From the NCBI RefSeq assembly GCF_963921235.1, contig NC_086097.1, positions 217,498,001 through 217,562,000 of the forward strand: a stretch of 64,000 bases of DNA, read 5' to 3'. The translations under genes were made by a program, and so were the position numbers. The notes beneath the pieces were generated by a model. It saw only the letters and a program-made list of their open reading frames with translations, did not search any database and was not told where the DNA came from. The DNA is from Mobula hypostoma (taxonomy: Eukaryota). This document shows, in pieces, positions 49,061 through 61,519 of the stretch; the first letter of the stretch is position 1; every line of letters begins with the position of its first letter.

Positions 49061-50291
49061 GTAAGTATTATTACTTGGATTGGTAGGCAGTGATAAATCA
49101 CTGAATTATGATTTTCTTCATATAATGGCAGAGATAGATTGTAGTACGTTTAACATATGAAAATTGGCACAGATACTGAAATGAAAATTCAGTATCATAA
49201 AACTCAGATGAGAGTCAGCAGTTTAAGTGGTTTAGCACAGACTAGATGGGCCGAAGGGCCTGTTTCTGGGCTGTACTTTTTGATGACTCTATAAAAGCAA
49301 ACAACTGACATGCAGAACCACTAACTAGACACATTTGTAGATATAATCTTCCTGTTTATTTTGATGTATCTGTTTTATGCTTTTTTTACCTTTAGCTTGG
49401 TCATTGCTATGTAAGATGGTGCAGGTAATCTGTTCCTTGTTTCAAAATGGTGTGCAAAACTGTACTTGTGATTTCCTGTAAACAAGCTTCTTGCCTATGT
49501 AGGTGCAGGTAACCTCAGTTCATTAACTTCACTTGCCCTCTGATGGTTCTGAGCTAAAAGTTCTTAACTTTCAAAAGTTCTTAACTTTCAAAAGTGTACA
49601 ATGGACCTTTTCACTAAAACATAAAATTTAATTCCCACAATCAAATTTGCTATGATCTGAAGCCAACTTCCTATCTTTTGGTTTCTACATTTCAAAAACA
49701 GGAGCTTATTGAGTATCGCTAATATTCATAACATGTATTAGGTCCTGTTCAGTATCTATCTCTTCACTCAATTTACAGTTTGCTGTTAGCTCTTGTAAAT
49801 TTCTTTTATTTACATCCCTCCTTGCCTCCTTTTTTCTCTCTCCTCATCTCTGTAACCTCCTCTAGTCCTCTACATAATTTGGACCTCTCTACATACGGCA
49901 TCTGTATATCTCAATTTATGCTCCAAACATGCCTTCAACCTTCTAGCAGTTCCTTTCTGAGCCCTTTACCTCTCAGTTACTTAAGGACATGAACTCTACT
50001 TCCATCAAGCCTTTAGTCAGCCCTGCAAATGTTTCTTCTCAATGTCATTTCTTGTCTGATTGCAATACTATGAAGGACCCTGAGATATTATACTAAGTTG
50101 AAGGCACAATGTAATGCAAGTTGTGGGAATATTATTACATCTAATGCAAGTTGAAGGTTTTCCATTTTAACTGTAATGAATCTGTTGTATGTTTTTTAAA
50201 AAAAAAGTTCAGCCTATTAACTTGGCATGAATATGGTATTTTTCTTTTCATGGTTGCGTGAGTTAATGTACTTATCCTATATGAATTTTAG

Positions 50292-50404
50292 TTGTTTTTC
50301 CATCTACAAAGAGAGCGCTGCTTCCCTGAAGACAGAGCCAGATTTTATGCTGCAGAAATAGCCAGTGCACTGGGATACTTGCATTCACTCAATATTGTTT
50401 ACAG
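50292..50404 (+). CDS. SGK3: SGK3-like coding exon 10
   Basis: [37 protein letters not shown](R); ttttag acceptor, gtaaac donor. Confidence 0.97.
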
Positions 50405-51875
50405 GTAAACTATCACTTCGAATTCAATGCAAAACATCACTGTGAATTATAAAGGCTGAATTTTACTTCTAGGTAATACAAAATAATAAAGTAAGAGCAG
50501 GATGAGGCCAGGTAATGCCTCAGGTCTGGCTCACTGCTGTACTTGGAATCTAACATAAAGCTGCTTTGCTAATTGCTTGCTGTACTTGGACATTAACTTC
50601 TTGTGCTTTATGCACAAGGACACCCAGGTCCTTCTGAACAATGACACCTTTCAATTTTGATCCATTTAAAAAAAACATTCCTACCAACATGAATGACAAA
50701 ATATATTCCATCATATGTGAGCTTCATGTGTTACTTAGACTGTGTTGTCTTGAAGCCTTGAAGCAATTTTTGCACAGGCCACCTGGTGTTTATTTCATAT
50801 ATATAAAACTTAGGCTCTGCTTCCAAATCATTGATATAGATAATAAACATCTCCTGTACCCTATGAGTTTCCATTGGATTCTTATTTTTGGTCTATGAGT
50901 ACATTACCCCTGCACCCCCCCCCCAAACCCTTGTGCTCTAATTTGGTTATTGATCTCTTGCGTGGCACATTATCGAAGGCCTGCAGAGTATCTAACATGT
51001 ACCACATCCATTGGTTCTCCCTCATCTTTTCTGCTTGTTACAACCTCAGGAAAAGACCTTGACTAGTTTTGGCATTTGATATCTAGAGTTTTGAGGAAAT
51101 TGAGTGCCTGTAACTGATCAATATTTAAGCTGCTTGTGGATTTTGTCATTATGCTGATGCTGTACTCAAGCATAATTAGATGACATTATATTTGTCACAT
51201 GTACAATGCTCTTTTTTGTGTCAATGACCAACACAGTCCAAGATGTACCGGGGGGGGGGTGGTCAGCCCACGTGTCACCATGCTTCCAGTCCCACGATAG
51301 TATGTCCGCAACTTACTAACCCTAACTTGTAAGTCTTTGGAATGTGAGAGAGAACCAGAGCACCTGGAGAAATCTCACGCCATCATGGAGAAACATGCAA
51401 TCTCATTATAGACAGCAGCAAGAATTGAACCCTGATCTTGGAGCTAGCACACTAAAGCAAAAGTGATCTGATCCATCATGATCTGATCTGAAATCCAGCT
51501 ATTACACTTTTTCTTCTATGCTTAATGCTACAAACAAAGACTTATTTATGTGAAGAGGCGTATTCATTCCCCAGTGTATGGTATTTGAACATATTTGACC
51601 AATAAAAGTTGTAACGAAAACTGGAGCTGAGGTATCCTGATTGAACCCAAACTACTGTGCTCCTTTTGGTGAGTGAGTGCTGCCTGAGATGGCACAGTTG
51701 TTTCCTTCAACTGTTCGGAGTTCAATTCCAACGCTGTCTGTAAGAAGTTCATCTGTCCTTCCCTGAGTGTGTGAGTTTCCTCCCACAGTCCAAAGACATG
51801 CCAGTTAAAAATCAACCTGTACAAAACACTGCCACCAGTAGTCAGTTCCAGAGTTGAAGATCCTTGGTTAAAAAT

Positions 51876-51981
51876 TGACTGTACCTCTTCCTAGAGAAGC
51901 TGCCTGGCCTGCTGCGTTCACCAGCAACTTTGATGTGTGTTGCTTGAATTCCCAGCATCTGCAGAATTCCTCGTGTTTGTG
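51876..51981 (+). mobile_element. Solo cassette lacking the ribozyme core, starting at the predicted cleavage site
   Basis: Starts t-GACTGTACCTCTTCC; flanks tggttaaaaat (51865-51875) and tggctaaaaat (51982-51992), an 11 bp TSD with one mismatch. Confidence 0.85.
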
Positions 51982-52254
51982 TGGCTAAAAATCTGTTGAG
52001 TTTATTGTCATGTGCACAAGTATGCACAAGTGCAATGATAAATTTACCTGCAGCACTATCAGATGCACATAGTATCAGATAAGTAGCATTCACAGGAAAA
52101 ACAAATCAAACCTTATATATAATTTTGCAAGAAAAAAATTGAACAAAATAGGATGTTTAGTGCAAAGTAATCAAAGTGGTCATTGTGTTGCATGAACTGT
52201 AGTGACTCGGGTTGTGCTAGTTGGGTCAATAACTGAATGTTCAAAAGGTGGTAG

Positions 52255-52585
52255 CAGTTCATTGTTCTCGATGTTGGGGAAGTCCAGAACGAGGGGTCAC
52301 AGATTGAGGATAAAGGGGAAGCCTTTTAGGACCGAGATTAGGAAAAACTTCTTCACACAGAGAGTGGTGAATCTGTGGAATTCTCTGCCACAGAAAACAG
52401 TTGAGGCCAGTTCATTGGCTATATTTAAGAGGGAGTTAGATATGGCCCTTGTGGCTAAAGGGATCGGGGGTATGGAGGGAAGGTTGGTACAGGGTTCTGA
52501 GTTGGATGATCAGCCATGATCATACTGAATGGCGGTGCAGGCTTGAAGGGCTGAATGGCCTACTCCTGCACCTATTTTCTATGTT
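52255..52585 (+). mobile_element. Well-preserved CR1 3' end
   Basis: SRTRGHRLRIKGKPFRTEIRKNFFTQRVVNLWNSLP and tail ggcctactcctgcacctattttctatgttt. Confidence 0.9.
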
Positions 52586-53125
52586 TGCCTCTTGTAGGTA
52601 CTACCAATCGTAAGGAGGGATGTGCCAATGATGTATTGGGCTGTGTCCACTACTCCCTGCAAATTCATGCATTGCTGATCATTTGAATTACCATACCAAA
52701 CCACAATGCAACCAGTCAGGATACTTTCAACAGCACATCTGTCAAAGTTTGTTGGCGTGTTTGGTGACATGCCAAACCTTGTTAACCTTCGAAGAAAGTA
52801 AAGACACTGACATGCCTTTCATATGCTGGGCCCGGGACAGGTCATCTGATATGTTAATACTCAGGAATTTAAAGCTGCTAACTCTCTTCCCCGTTGATCC
52901 CCCATTTGAGACTGGCACGCATTTGCCCTCCTTCTGCTTCTTGAAGTCAGTAATCAGCTCTAGTTTTACTCATGTCGAGCGAGAGGTTGCTGTTGCATCT
53001 TCACATAACCAGGTGACCTCTCTCGCTTTGGGTAATATTACTCATGTGTCCTGTGATTATTGTGTGTCCTGTGATTCATCCAACAGCAGTGGTGTTGTCA
53101 GCGAATTTGTACATTGCATTGAAGC
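52586..53125 (-). mobile_element. Rex1-like LINE fragment
   Basis: Minus NFDRCAVESILTGCIVVWYGN and YKFADNTT motifs. Confidence 0.8.
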
Positions 53126-53734
53126 CCCCATTTCAGAATGCGTCCCACTGGTGAGATTAGTGTTGTATACGTTTGATTCACTGTAATTATACTGTAAAGT
53201 GAACTAAAAACTTGATCATTCATTGAACTAATCAGAATCAGGTTTATTATCACTGTCTATCAACAGAAGTAAAATCTGTTGTTTTGCAGCAGCAGACAGT
53301 ACCAAGACATAAAATTACTATAAATCACAAAATAAATAGTACAAATATGGGGAATAACAGGGCCATGTTTAGGGACCGTTCAGGAACCTGATGACTGAGT
53401 AGAAGAAGCTGCAGCGGTCTGTAGCCTCTTGCATTTCTGTGTATTGGAGTATCCATACAAACCTGTCAGAATGCTCTCCACCATCTATAGAAATTTGCAA
53501 GAGACTTCAGTAACATTCCGAATCTCCTCAACTACTAATGAAGTAGAACCGCTGGCATGCCTTTTTCATGACCACATCAATATGTTGGGCACAGGATATA
53601 TCCTTTGAGATGTTGACAACCATTTTTGCTTTTGTTACTTTCTTCACTTAATGTGGTGTTAAGTGATCAACTATTTAATTTGATTTTAAAGCCTATGAGA
53701 AAAATTGTAATTTTATTTCTTGTTCTTGGAATAG

Positions 53735-53771
53735 GGATTTGAAACCAGAAAACATCCTTTTAGACTCAAAG
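53735..53771 (+). CDS. SGK3: SGK3-like coding exon 11 (catalytic loop)
   Basis: (R)DLKPENILLDSK; aatag acceptor, gtatgt donor; 37 nt exon. Confidence 0.95.
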
Positions 53772-53932
53772 GTATGTATGTATGTGAATTCCCTATTGGT
53801 TAAATGTGCAATGAAATTTTAGTAATGGGCATATTGTGTAAACTTCAACTTCATTTTTGGTAAATGATAGCAAGTTAGGATGAAATGGGGACAAATGTTA
53901 GTTACTATATTTTGATAGGTTTAAAGCTTGTA

Positions 53933-56900
53933 AACATAGAAACATAGAAGGTCTACAGCACCCACAATGCTGTGCTGAACATGTACTTACTTTAGAAATT
54001 ACCCATAGCCCTCAATTTTTCTAAGCTCTATGTACCTATCCAGGAGTCTCTTAAAAGACCCTATCATATCTGCCTCCACCACCATTGCCGGCAACCCATT
54101 CCACGCACTCACCACTCTCTGCGTAAAAAATAACTTAACTCTGACATCTCCTCTGTACCTACTTCCAAGCACCTTAAAACTGTGCCTTCTCATGTTAGCG
54201 ATTTCAGCCTTGGGGGAGAAAGCCTCTGACTATACGATCAATGCCTCTCATCATCTTATACACCTCTATCTCGTCACCTCACGTCCTCCATCGCTCCAAG
54301 GAGAAAAGGCCAAGTTCTCTCAACCTATAAAGAGGCTTTCAGGAAAGAGAAACAGACTAAAGGGTGTGAAGGTAGTAAGGTAGAAGAGCTACAGTGCGTG
54401 TACTTCAATGCAAGAAGCATCAGGAGCAAAGGTGATGAACTGAGAGCTTGGATACATACACGGAATTATGATGTTGTGGCCATTACAGAGACTTGGCTGG
54501 CACCAGGGCAGGAATGGATTCTCAATATTCCTGGATTTCAGTGCTTTAAAAGGGATAGAGGGGGGAAGGAAGGATGGCATTACTGGTCAGGGATACTATT
54601 ACAGCTACAGAAAGAGTGGGTTATGTAGCAGAATCCTCTTTTGAGTCAGTATGGGTAGAAGTCAGGAACAAGAAGGGAGCAGTTACTCTATTGGGAGTAT
54701 TCTGTAGGTCCCCTGGTAGCAGCAGAGATACCAAGGAGCAGATTGGGAGGCAAATTTTGGAAAGGTGCAAAAGTAACAGGGTTGTTATCATGGGTTACTT
54801 TAACTTCCCTAATATTGATTGGCACCTGATTAGTTCCAATGGTTTAGACGGGGCAGAGTTTGTTAAGTGTGTCCAGGACGGATTCCTGTCACAGTATGTT
54901 GACAGGCCAACTAGGGGGAATGCCATACTAGATCTAATATCAGGTCACAGATCTCTCAGTGGGTGAGCATCTAGTGGACAGTGACCACGGCTCCCTGGCC
55001 TTTAACATTATCATGGAAAAGGATAGAATCAGAGAGGACAGGAAATTTTTTAATTGGGGAAGGGCAAGTTATGAGGCTATAAGGCCAGAACTTGCGGGTG
55101 TGAATTGGGATGATGTTTTTGCAGGGAAATATACAATGGACATGTGGTCAGTGTTTAGTGATCTCTTGCAGGATGTTAGGGATAAATTTGTCCCAGTGAG
55201 GAAGATAAAGGATGGTAGGGTGAAGGAACCATGGGTGACAAGTAAGATGGAGAATCTAGTCAGGTGGAAGAAGGCAACATACATGAGGTTTAGGAAGCAA
55301 GGATCAGATGGGTCTAAAGAGGAATATAGGGTAGCAAGAAAGGAGCTTAAGAAGGGGCTGAGGAGAGCAAGAAGGGGGCATGAGAAGGCCTTGGCAAGTA
55401 GAATAAAGGAAAACCCCCAGGCATTCTTCAGTTATGTGAAGAACAAAAGGATGACAGGAGTGAAGGTAGGACCAATTAGAGATAAAGATGGAAAGATGTG
55501 CCTGGAGGCTGTGAAAGTGAGCGAGGTCCTCAATGAATACTTTGGTATTCACCAATGAGAGGGAACTTGATGACAGTGAGTACAATATGAGTGAGATTGA
55601 TGTTCTGGAGCATGTTGATATGAATGGAGAGGAGGTGTTGGAGTTGTTAAAATACATTAGGACAGATAAGTCCCTGGGGCCTGACAGAATATTCCCCAGG
55701 CTGCTCCACGAGGCGAAGGAAGAGATTGTTGAGCCTCTGGCTTAGGATCTTTATGTCCTCGTTGTCCATGGGAATGGTATCGGAGGATTGGAGGGAGGCG
55801 AATGTTGTCCTCTTGTTCAAAAAAGGTAATAGGGATAGTCTGGGTAATTATAGACCAGTGAGCCTTACGTCTGTGGTGGGAAAAGATTCTTAGAGATAGG
55901 ATCTATGGGCATTTAGAGAATCATGGTCTGATCAGGGACAGTCAACATGGCTTTGTGAAGGGCAGATCATGTCTAACAAGACTGGTAGAGTTCTTTGAGG
56001 AGGTGACCAGGCATATAGATGAGGGTAGTGCAGTGGATGTGATCTACATGGATTTCAGTAAAGCATTTGACAGGGTTCCACATGGTAGACTTATTGAGAA
56101 AGTCAGAAAGCATGGGATCCAGGGAAGTTTGGCCGGGTGGATTCAGAATTGGCTTGCCTGCAGAAAGCTGAGGGTCATGGTGGAGGGAGTAGATTCAGAT
56201 TGGAGGATTGTGACTAGTGGTGTCCCACAAGGATCTGTTCTGGGACCTCTACTTTTCATGATTTTTATTAACGACCTGGATGTGGGGATAGAAGGGTGGG
56301 TTGGCAAGTTTGCAGATGACACAAAGGTTGGTGGTGTTGTGGATAGTGTAGGGGATTGTCAAAGATTGCAGAGAGACATTGGTAGGATGCAGAAGTGGGC
56401 TGAGAAGTGGCAGATGGAGTTCAGCCCGGAGAAGTGTGAAAGTGTGAGGTGGTACACTTTGGAAGGACAAACTCCAAGGCAGAGTACAAAGTAAATGGCA
56501 GGATACTTGGTAGTGTGGAGGAGCAGAGGGATCTCGGGGTACATGTCCACAGATCCCTGAAAGTTGCCTCACAGGTAGATAGGGTAGTTAAGAAAGCTTA
56601 TGGGGTGTTATCTTTCATAAGTTGAGGGATAGAGTTTAAGAGTCGCGAGGTAATGATGCAGGTCTATAAAACTCTGGTTAGGCCACACTTGGAGTACTGT
56701 GTCCAGTTCTGGTCACCTCACTATAAGAAGGATGTGGAAGCAATGGAAAGGGTACAGAGAAGATTTGTCAGGATGCTGCCTGGTTTAGAGAGCGTGGATT
56801 ATGATCAGAGATTAAAGGAGCTAGGGTTTTACTCTTTGGAGAGAAGGAGAATGAGAGGAGACATGATAGAGGTGTACAAGATATTAAGAGGAATAGATAG

Positions 56901-58640
56901 AGGACAGCCAGCGCCTCTTTCCCAGGGCACCGCTGCTCAATACAAGAGGACATGGCTTTAAGGTAATGGGTGGGAAGTTCAAGGGAGTTATTAGAGGAAG
57001 GTTTTTTTACTCAGAGAGTGGTTGGTGAGTGGAATGCACTGCCTGAGTCAGTGGTGGAGGCAGATACATTAGTGAAATTTAAGAGACTACTAGACAGGTA
57101 TATGGAGGAATTTAAGGTGGGGGTTATATGGGAGGCAGGGTTTAAGGGTAGGCACAACATTGTGGGCTGAAGGGCCTGGACTGTGCTGTATTATTCTCTG
57201 TTCTATGTTCTATCCTCATAAGGCATGCTCCGCAATCCAGGCAACATCCTTGTAAATCTCCTCTGCACCCTTTCTATAGTTCCTACGTCCTTCCTGTAGA
57301 GAGATGACCAGATCTGAACACAGTACTCCAAGTGGGGTCTGACCTGTGTCCTATACAGCTGTAACATTACCTCTCGGCTCTTAAACTCAATCCCACGGTT
57401 GATGAAGGCCAATATAGTGTATGCCTTCTTAACCACACAGACAACCTGCTCAGCATCATTGAGTGTCCTATGTACTCTGACCCCAAGATCACTCTGATCC
57501 TCCACACTGCCAAGATTCTTAACATTAATACTACATTCTGCCATCATATTTGGCCTACCAAAATAAACCACCTCACACTTATCTGGGTTGAATTCCATCT
57601 GCCACTTCTCAGCCCAGTTTTACATACTATTAATGTTCCGCTGTAACCTCTGACAGCCCTCCACACTATCCACAACACACCCAAACTTTGTGAAATCAGC
57701 CAATTTACTAACTCATCCCTCCACTTCCTCATCCAGGTCACTTATAAAAATCATGAAGAGAAGGGGTCCCAGAACAGATCCCTGAGGCACACCACTGGTG
57801 ACTGACCTCCATATGACCCGTCTACAACCACTCTTTGCCTTCTGTGGGCAAGCCAGTTCTGGATCCACAAAGCAATGTCCCCTTGAATCCTATGCTCCTT
57901 ACTTTCTTAATAACTTTTACATGGGGTACCTTGTCAAATGCCTTGCTGAAATCCATACACACTACATCTACTGCTCTACCTTCATCGATGTATTTAGTCA
58001 AATCCTCAAAAAAATTCAATCAGGCTCGTAAGGCGCGTCCTGCCTTTCACAATCATATTATGCTTCTCCAAATGTTCGTAAATCCTGCTTTTCAGGATCT
58101 TTTCCATCAATTTACCAATGACCGAAATAAGACTCACTGGTCTATAAATTCCTGGGCTTTTTCTACTCCCTTTTTTGAATAAGGGATCAACATCCGTAAT
58201 CCTCTAATCCCCCGGAACTTCTCTCGTCCTCATTGATGATGCAAAGATCATTGCCAGAGGCTCAGCAATCTTCTCCCTCGCCTCCCAAAGTAGCCTGGGG
58301 TATTTCTCGTCCGGTCCCGGTGACTTATCCAGCTTGATGCTTTCCAAAAGCTCTAGCTCATCCTCTTTCTTAATGTCTGTATGTTCAAGCTTTTCAGTCT
58401 GCTGTAAGTCAGCCCAACAATTGCCAAGATCCTTTTCCGTAGTGAATACTGAAGCAAAGTATTCATTAACTACATCCGCTCCCTCCCCCGGTTCCATACA
58501 CACTTTTCCACTTTCACACTTGATTGGTCCTATTCTCTCACGTCTTATCCTCTTGCTCTTCACTTACTTGCAGAATGCTTTTGGGTTTTCCTTAATCCTG
58601 CTCGCCAAGGTCTTCTCATGGCCTTTTCTGGCTCATGAGA
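53933..58640 (-). mobile_element. CR1 LINE (53933-54328 and ~57212-58640) split by an opposite-strand CR1
   Basis: Minus ORFs NEYFASVFT..KSPGPD, MDFSKAFDKVPH, MEFNPDKCEV..VRPHLEYCVQ, FFTQRVVSAWNGLP; (TTCTATGT)-type tail at 53935. Confidence 0.92.
54329..57211 (+). mobile_element. CR1 LINE with nearly complete but frameshifted ORF2 (APE endonuclease + RT)
   Basis: [72 protein letters not shown]; ttctatgttctat tail. Confidence 0.96.
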
Positions 58641-59609
58641 GCAAGCAGATCTTTTGACTGATGTGCATGTGTTAACTGTTTAATCTGTAGGAATCAAACT
58701 AATAAAGTTGCATGATGCCTGAAAACAAACAGTGCGGCATGGTAAGCCCTTTGACAAAGAATAGACGTGCAAAACCAAAATTACAATGAATTACGATGAG
58801 TGTTCCTGACTGAGCGAGTGCAAGATCAGCAGGGAAAATCAGTTGGCCTGTAGATTGTGGCAGGACTGAGCATTCTGAAACCGAATAAGCCTTGGTTGGA
58901 GAGGTGCTCATATTGGGGACTTGCTTGGACGGGTTTGAGTGATCAGTTAGGGTGAAGATCAAAGGGTTCTGGGATGTGGGACGGGGGGAGAGAGGAAATA
59001 GCGTTGGTGGCACTGAATCAGAGAGACCACTTAAGACTTACTGTAGGTACATCAGTGATGTTGGAAATTGAGTAAATGCTAAGGAAACATTAAAGGAGGA
59101 TCTGCTTGAAAGATCATGTATGTCACCTCTCCTCCAGAAGACCATCTTCTGTATTGGGTCATGGTTCTTTTTTGTGCTCATTTAAAATAATATACAGAAT
59201 AATTATTCTATGTTACTTCTGATCATATTTATTAAGGTCCATATTATCATTCTTCCATAGATGAGGCATTATTTTAAAAGATGTACGTATGCTTTTAAAA
59301 CTAAAATTTCATTGCTATTACTGGAATGGTTGGCTACAACGCTACTAAATTGAATTTCAGGAGTTCTAATTGTCCGTATTTTCAACAAAAAAAAATCAAA
59401 CTGTTCCAGATCATTTTTCTAGAGAAAGAAAATGTTGCAAATATACAGCAGTTGTAAACAGAGGTGTTCGAATGGAAAGAGCCTTCCAGAAAATTGGATA
59501 AGTCTCTTGAAATCAAATGTCACTCTGACTTTTCAAAGATGCTGATTGACTTTTTCTGTTTCTGTTTATTTACGGTCATTTATCAGTTTCTGTTTACTTT
59601 GTAACTTAG

Positions 59610-59711
<102 letters not shown>

Positions 59712-60462
59712 TAAAAAGAGTTTATTTTCCTATTTTGCAAGTTACTTTGAAACTTTTTCAACAAGTTTAATGATATGCTTTGTAAAAGAAATGTTTTTCA
59801 ACATCCTTATTTGATCATCGTCATTTGTAATCAATCTGTTATATTGGTTATAAAAGATGGTCATTGTCCAGGATAAGGATGAGTTATAGATTGCTGGCTT
59901 CACTATTATTCCTTTAAATTCAGTTAACATATAATCTAGAAGTGTGTGGTAGTACAACAGAAAAATATTTAACAGCCAGATTGAACCAATTTCAGGATCA
60001 CACCTACAAACTAACCAGTTTTTAATAGAACAATCTGAGTGAAAGAGGGAAGTATAGTAACAGAATTGAGGATGGGAAGACAATAAAAGAAAGTGGGATT
60101 ATATATTGGGATGAAAGGCTTGAAAAACAGCACTGAAGGAGGATCCACTATTGCACCAGTGTTTCTCCTGGAGTTGTTCCCTTTTGCTCAATGTCCTTCA
60201 GTTGATGATCTTTAGTCTGTTTCTCCCTTTCCCTCCCCATTAACAACTCTAAATTAAGATTTTCATGTTCTATATTCTGAAAAAACTTCTATAATTTTGA
60301 GCACCATTTTTTTCATTACTCCCAATGCTGAGTCTTTTAAACTGCAACTTTATTCAGTACATTAGCTTCGTTCTTGGATTGTTTCCACACCTTCACTATT
60401 TTTTGTTAAATTCATGGATTTGGTGAACAGTCTCACAGATTAAAGAGCAGTAGCTCTAAATC

Positions 60463-60598
60463 TGAAACAAGAAAAAATCTGCAGATGCTAGAAATCCTAG
60501 CAACAAAATGCTGGAGGAACTCAGCAGGCCAGACAGCATCTATGGAAAAAAGTACAGTTGACGTTTTGGGCTGAGGCACTTCAGCAGGACTGAAGAGA
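60463..60598 (-). mobile_element. Diverged solo hammerhead cassette
   Basis: tctgcagatgct...tgctggaggaactcagc...cagttgacgttttggg...ttcagcaggact; core mutated. Confidence 0.75.
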
Positions 60599-61347
60599 AA
60601 AAAGTTCTAGATTTATAATCTTGGGATTTCTTTTGATGCCATTTGCTAGTGAGTATGGAAATAGGAAGATGGGGCAGCTCAATATGTGGATAAAGGAATG
60701 GTGGAGAAGGATGGATTTTAGATTTGGACCATAAAGACATAGGAGCAGAATTAGGCTATTCAACTCAGCAAGTCTGCTCTGCCATTCCATCTTGGCTGAT
60801 TTATCATCCCTCTCAACCCCATTCTCTCTGTAAACTTTGACACGCTGACTAATCAAGAACCTATCAACTTGCTTTAAAAATACTCAGTGATTTGACCTCC
60901 ACAGCCATCTGTCCATGGCAATGATTTCTGGATCACAGGCCAATTCTGGGGCAGGTAGGACTCGTCCAAGCTCGATGTATTGCATTTGAAACAGAGCAGG
61001 TGTTACATCCATGCAGGGAGGTTTGCCAGTGATGGTGGGAAGGATTTAAACTGAGTCATTGGGTGAATGGAGTATAGAGTATGTGCATAGTTGGGAAGGT
61101 GTGGGGAGAATGTTATGGTCAGTCCAACATGGAAGAAAAACTTATTTAATAGAGTTGGCAGAGCACATATGACTATGGTAGGGCACATTGGAAGAAGCAA
61201 TTCTAAATTGCATCTGTCTTAATCCATGAATTCTGACTAGCAAAGAAAGCAAACTTAGAGTTTTGATCATCACGTGTGAATGTGATATTCCTGCTTTGAG
61301 AGAGATGTGGTTTGACGAAGTGCTGGACTGAAAACATTCTGGGATAC

Positions 61348-61448
61348 AAGTCTTGATGAAAGGTCAGTGCCCGAAACGTTGACTGTATTCTTTTCCATAG
61401 ATGTTCCCTGGCCTTCTGAGTTCCTCCAGCATTTTGTATGTGTGTTGC
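61348..61448 (+). mobile_element. Diverged solo hammerhead cassette
   Basis: agtc-TTGATGA-aaggtcagtgccc-GAAACGTT-gactg plus tail. Confidence 0.75.
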
Positions 61449-61519
61449 ATATAAAACTTTAAGGTATGATGGGAGACTGTAAAAGAGGAGGTGACTTTAA
61501 AATATTGATTAAGGAATCT

